A stretch of 63,303 nucleotides of DNA, the filler included, from Nemertoderma westbladi (lineage: Eukaryota; Animalia; Xenacoelomorpha), in assembly GCA_032718475.1 (NCBI GenBank). It is 3 parts of 3 records of this genome, joined end to end, with 100 filler letters (N's around TTAATTAATTAA, not from the genome) between each part and the next. Parts side by side here need not be neighbours in the genome. Positions count along the whole stretch, not along the records: positions 41,512 to 63,303 come from JAUCBJ010002617.1; 2 more parts are not named here. The stretch is one strand, 5' to 3'. The notes beneath the pieces were generated by a model, which was not told the origin of the DNA, did not search any database, and was given only the letters and a program-made list of their open reading frames with translations. The stretch's first letter is position 1, and each line of letters opens with the position of its first letter. The translations under genes were made by a program, and so were the position numbers. Below are positions 61,300-63,303 of the stretch, one piece after another.

Positions 61300-63303
61300 T
61301 CGGAAATTTACAATAGTTAAAGATGGTGAAGGTCCGCCATTACTTTGTTTGCAACAATGTATTGAATTTGGACTCATTAGTTTAAATCCTGAAACAGTGC
61401 ACGTCGTTCAAATTGACAATACGCGTCATCCTAGCGCTGCTAATATTATCCAACTGTTGATCCAAGAGTATGGTGAGTTATTTTCAAGGGAATTAGGAAA
61501 AATAGAAGGCTTTAAAGCGCATATTTAGATCAAACCTGGAGCTGTCCCAATATATAGGAAACCTAGACAATAGACATGTACCCCTTGTTTTACATGCTAA
61601 AGTCAGAGAATGCTTGGATGAAATGGTGAATCGTGGAACATTAAAACCTTTCGCTTCATCGGAGTAGGCTTCACCAATGGTCACTGTAGCAAAACCTGAT
61701 GGTGACGTGAGATTGTGTGCTGATGATACTGGTACAGATGCAAAACTATTAGACACTGAAGCATATCCTTTATCTTTGATAGAGGACATTTTCGCTAAAC
61801 TGTCTAACAAGAAATTTTTTACGAAATTGGACATGAGAACATGTTATGAGCAATTCGAATTAGAAGAAGACTCAAAAGTTATGTTGACGGTTAATACCAT
61901 CCAATGCAGTATCAGAGATTACCGTATGGAATTTCTTCAGTTCCAGGTATTGTATAACGGGAAATGGAACAAATTTTGAAGGATATTGCCCATGTTTTTG
62001 TATTATTGGATGACATATTATTAGCATCAGAAAATTTGGATGATCATTTTAAGTTAATCCGACAGGTGGTTGGTCATCTTCAATCAGCTGGCATTAGACT
62101 TCGAGAGGATAAGTGCTCATTTGCTACGAACACAGTGAAATACTTAGGTTTTATTATTTCAGATAAAGGGAGGTCGACCTACAGTGAAAGTGTACGCACT
62201 ATTGTGTATATGCCGGCACTAACAAATGTTTCTGGTTTGCAGAGTTTTCTAGGCATGGTTAAATTTTATTCCGAATTTGTTAGGAATTTGTCTGCAATTG
62301 CTCAGCTATAGTTTGCTTAAAAAAGGGGCAAAATGGTAATGGGATAGAGAACAGGAGGAGTCATTTGCAGGAAATAAAGGACGTATTGTTGTCTGCTCCT
62401 ACATTAACTCACTATGATCCAGATAAGCCATTGATATTGTCATGTGATGCATCTCAAAAAGGATTGGGCGCCGTTTTATCGCATCAGTTTAATGGGATGG
62501 AATATCCAGTGGCATTTGCTTCACAAACCCTAATACAAGCTGAAAAGAATTACTCAAATATCGACCGTGATAAGCACTGGCAATTATGTTTGGAATTGGG
62601 AAATTTCAGTCCTATTTATTGGGTCGTAAATTTCTACTGATCACTGATCACAAGTCATTAGTATCTATTTTTGGTTGTAAGAAAGGTTTGCCAGAATTAG
62701 TTTCATGAGGTCTGCATCGATATTCGATACGATTGTCTGTTTTCAATTTCTCCCTAGAGTATCGCAAAAGTGAACTCCATTGTAATGGTGATGCGCTAAG
62801 TAGAGCGCCAGTTAAAACAGAAACGTCGGATTGGGAGAGAATAAATACTGTAACTGATGGTGTTGGTCCTGTAAATTTAGAAGAGGTTAGAAAGGAAACC
62901 AAGCGTGATGAGGTACTACTGTATCTGTTGTAATAAAGTTGTTACAGGAAAGAGTAGAGAAGTGGTTGATTGAAAAACTAAAGCGATTCTGGATCAAGAG
63001 ACTATCATTCTCAATAGAGGATGGTATTTTACCCATGAGGGGGCGAATAGTTATTCCAACATCACTTCGACAAAGATATTTAGATGAATTACATGCTACA
63101 CACCAAGGTTCGACGAGAATGAAGTCCCTATAGCTAGGTTACATGTGTGGTAGCCTAAAATGGATAGTCAAATAGAGGATGTATCCAATTATTGTGAAAC
63201 TTGTCAGAGAAACATGACTTCGAGCCCTCAAGTTTTCGAGGAATGGCCTGTTACTGATAATGGATGAGAGAGATTACATGTAGATTATTTTTATTCCAAA
63301 TGG
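61300..63303 (+). pseudogene. Degenerate Ty3/gypsy pol (RT, RNase H, integrase N-terminus)
   Basis: KPDGDVRLCAD, KLDMRTCYEQ, LLDDILL, CDASQKGLGAVL and LHATHQG..CETC, with many stops and frameshifts. Confidence 0.88.

Overview
AT-rich eukaryotic (metazoan, probably invertebrate) genomic DNA. It is made of three contigs joined by artificial 100-nt N/TTAATTAATTAA linkers (20853-20952 and 41412-41511). Contig 1 carries three host genes: an intronless ELOVL4-like elongase, a flavin monooxygenase whose only apparent intron coincides with an inverted-repeat transposon, and a two-exon BPHL-like hydrolase. It also has nested non-autonomous DNA transposons and a palindrome containing a truncated Penelope-type hammerhead. 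Contigs 2-3 carry a young Mag-like Ty3/gypsy element, a B-box-like/RanBP2-type zinc-finger terminal exon, Bel/Pao, LINE, SINE and gypsy remnants, and several satellites. The most unusual signal is a family of LTR-like retroelements seen in four partial copies (A, B, C, D; 15.3-32.5 kb). Copies A and B have ~2.8-kb LTRs, and A, B and C all begin TGTAAAAGC. These LTRs are packed with RNA helices supported by compensatory base changes, including a nested double pseudoknot and an internally duplicated, homogenised 112-nt module. No tRNA primer-binding site is visible. Copies C and D share a GGGAGCGG polypurine tract and a conserved accessory protein I do not recognise (HPSM / IADxPML / VHExN / FYGIKDHP motifs) in the env position. 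No RT or integrase of this family is in the window, so its classification is an inference. All alignments and folds were done by eye.
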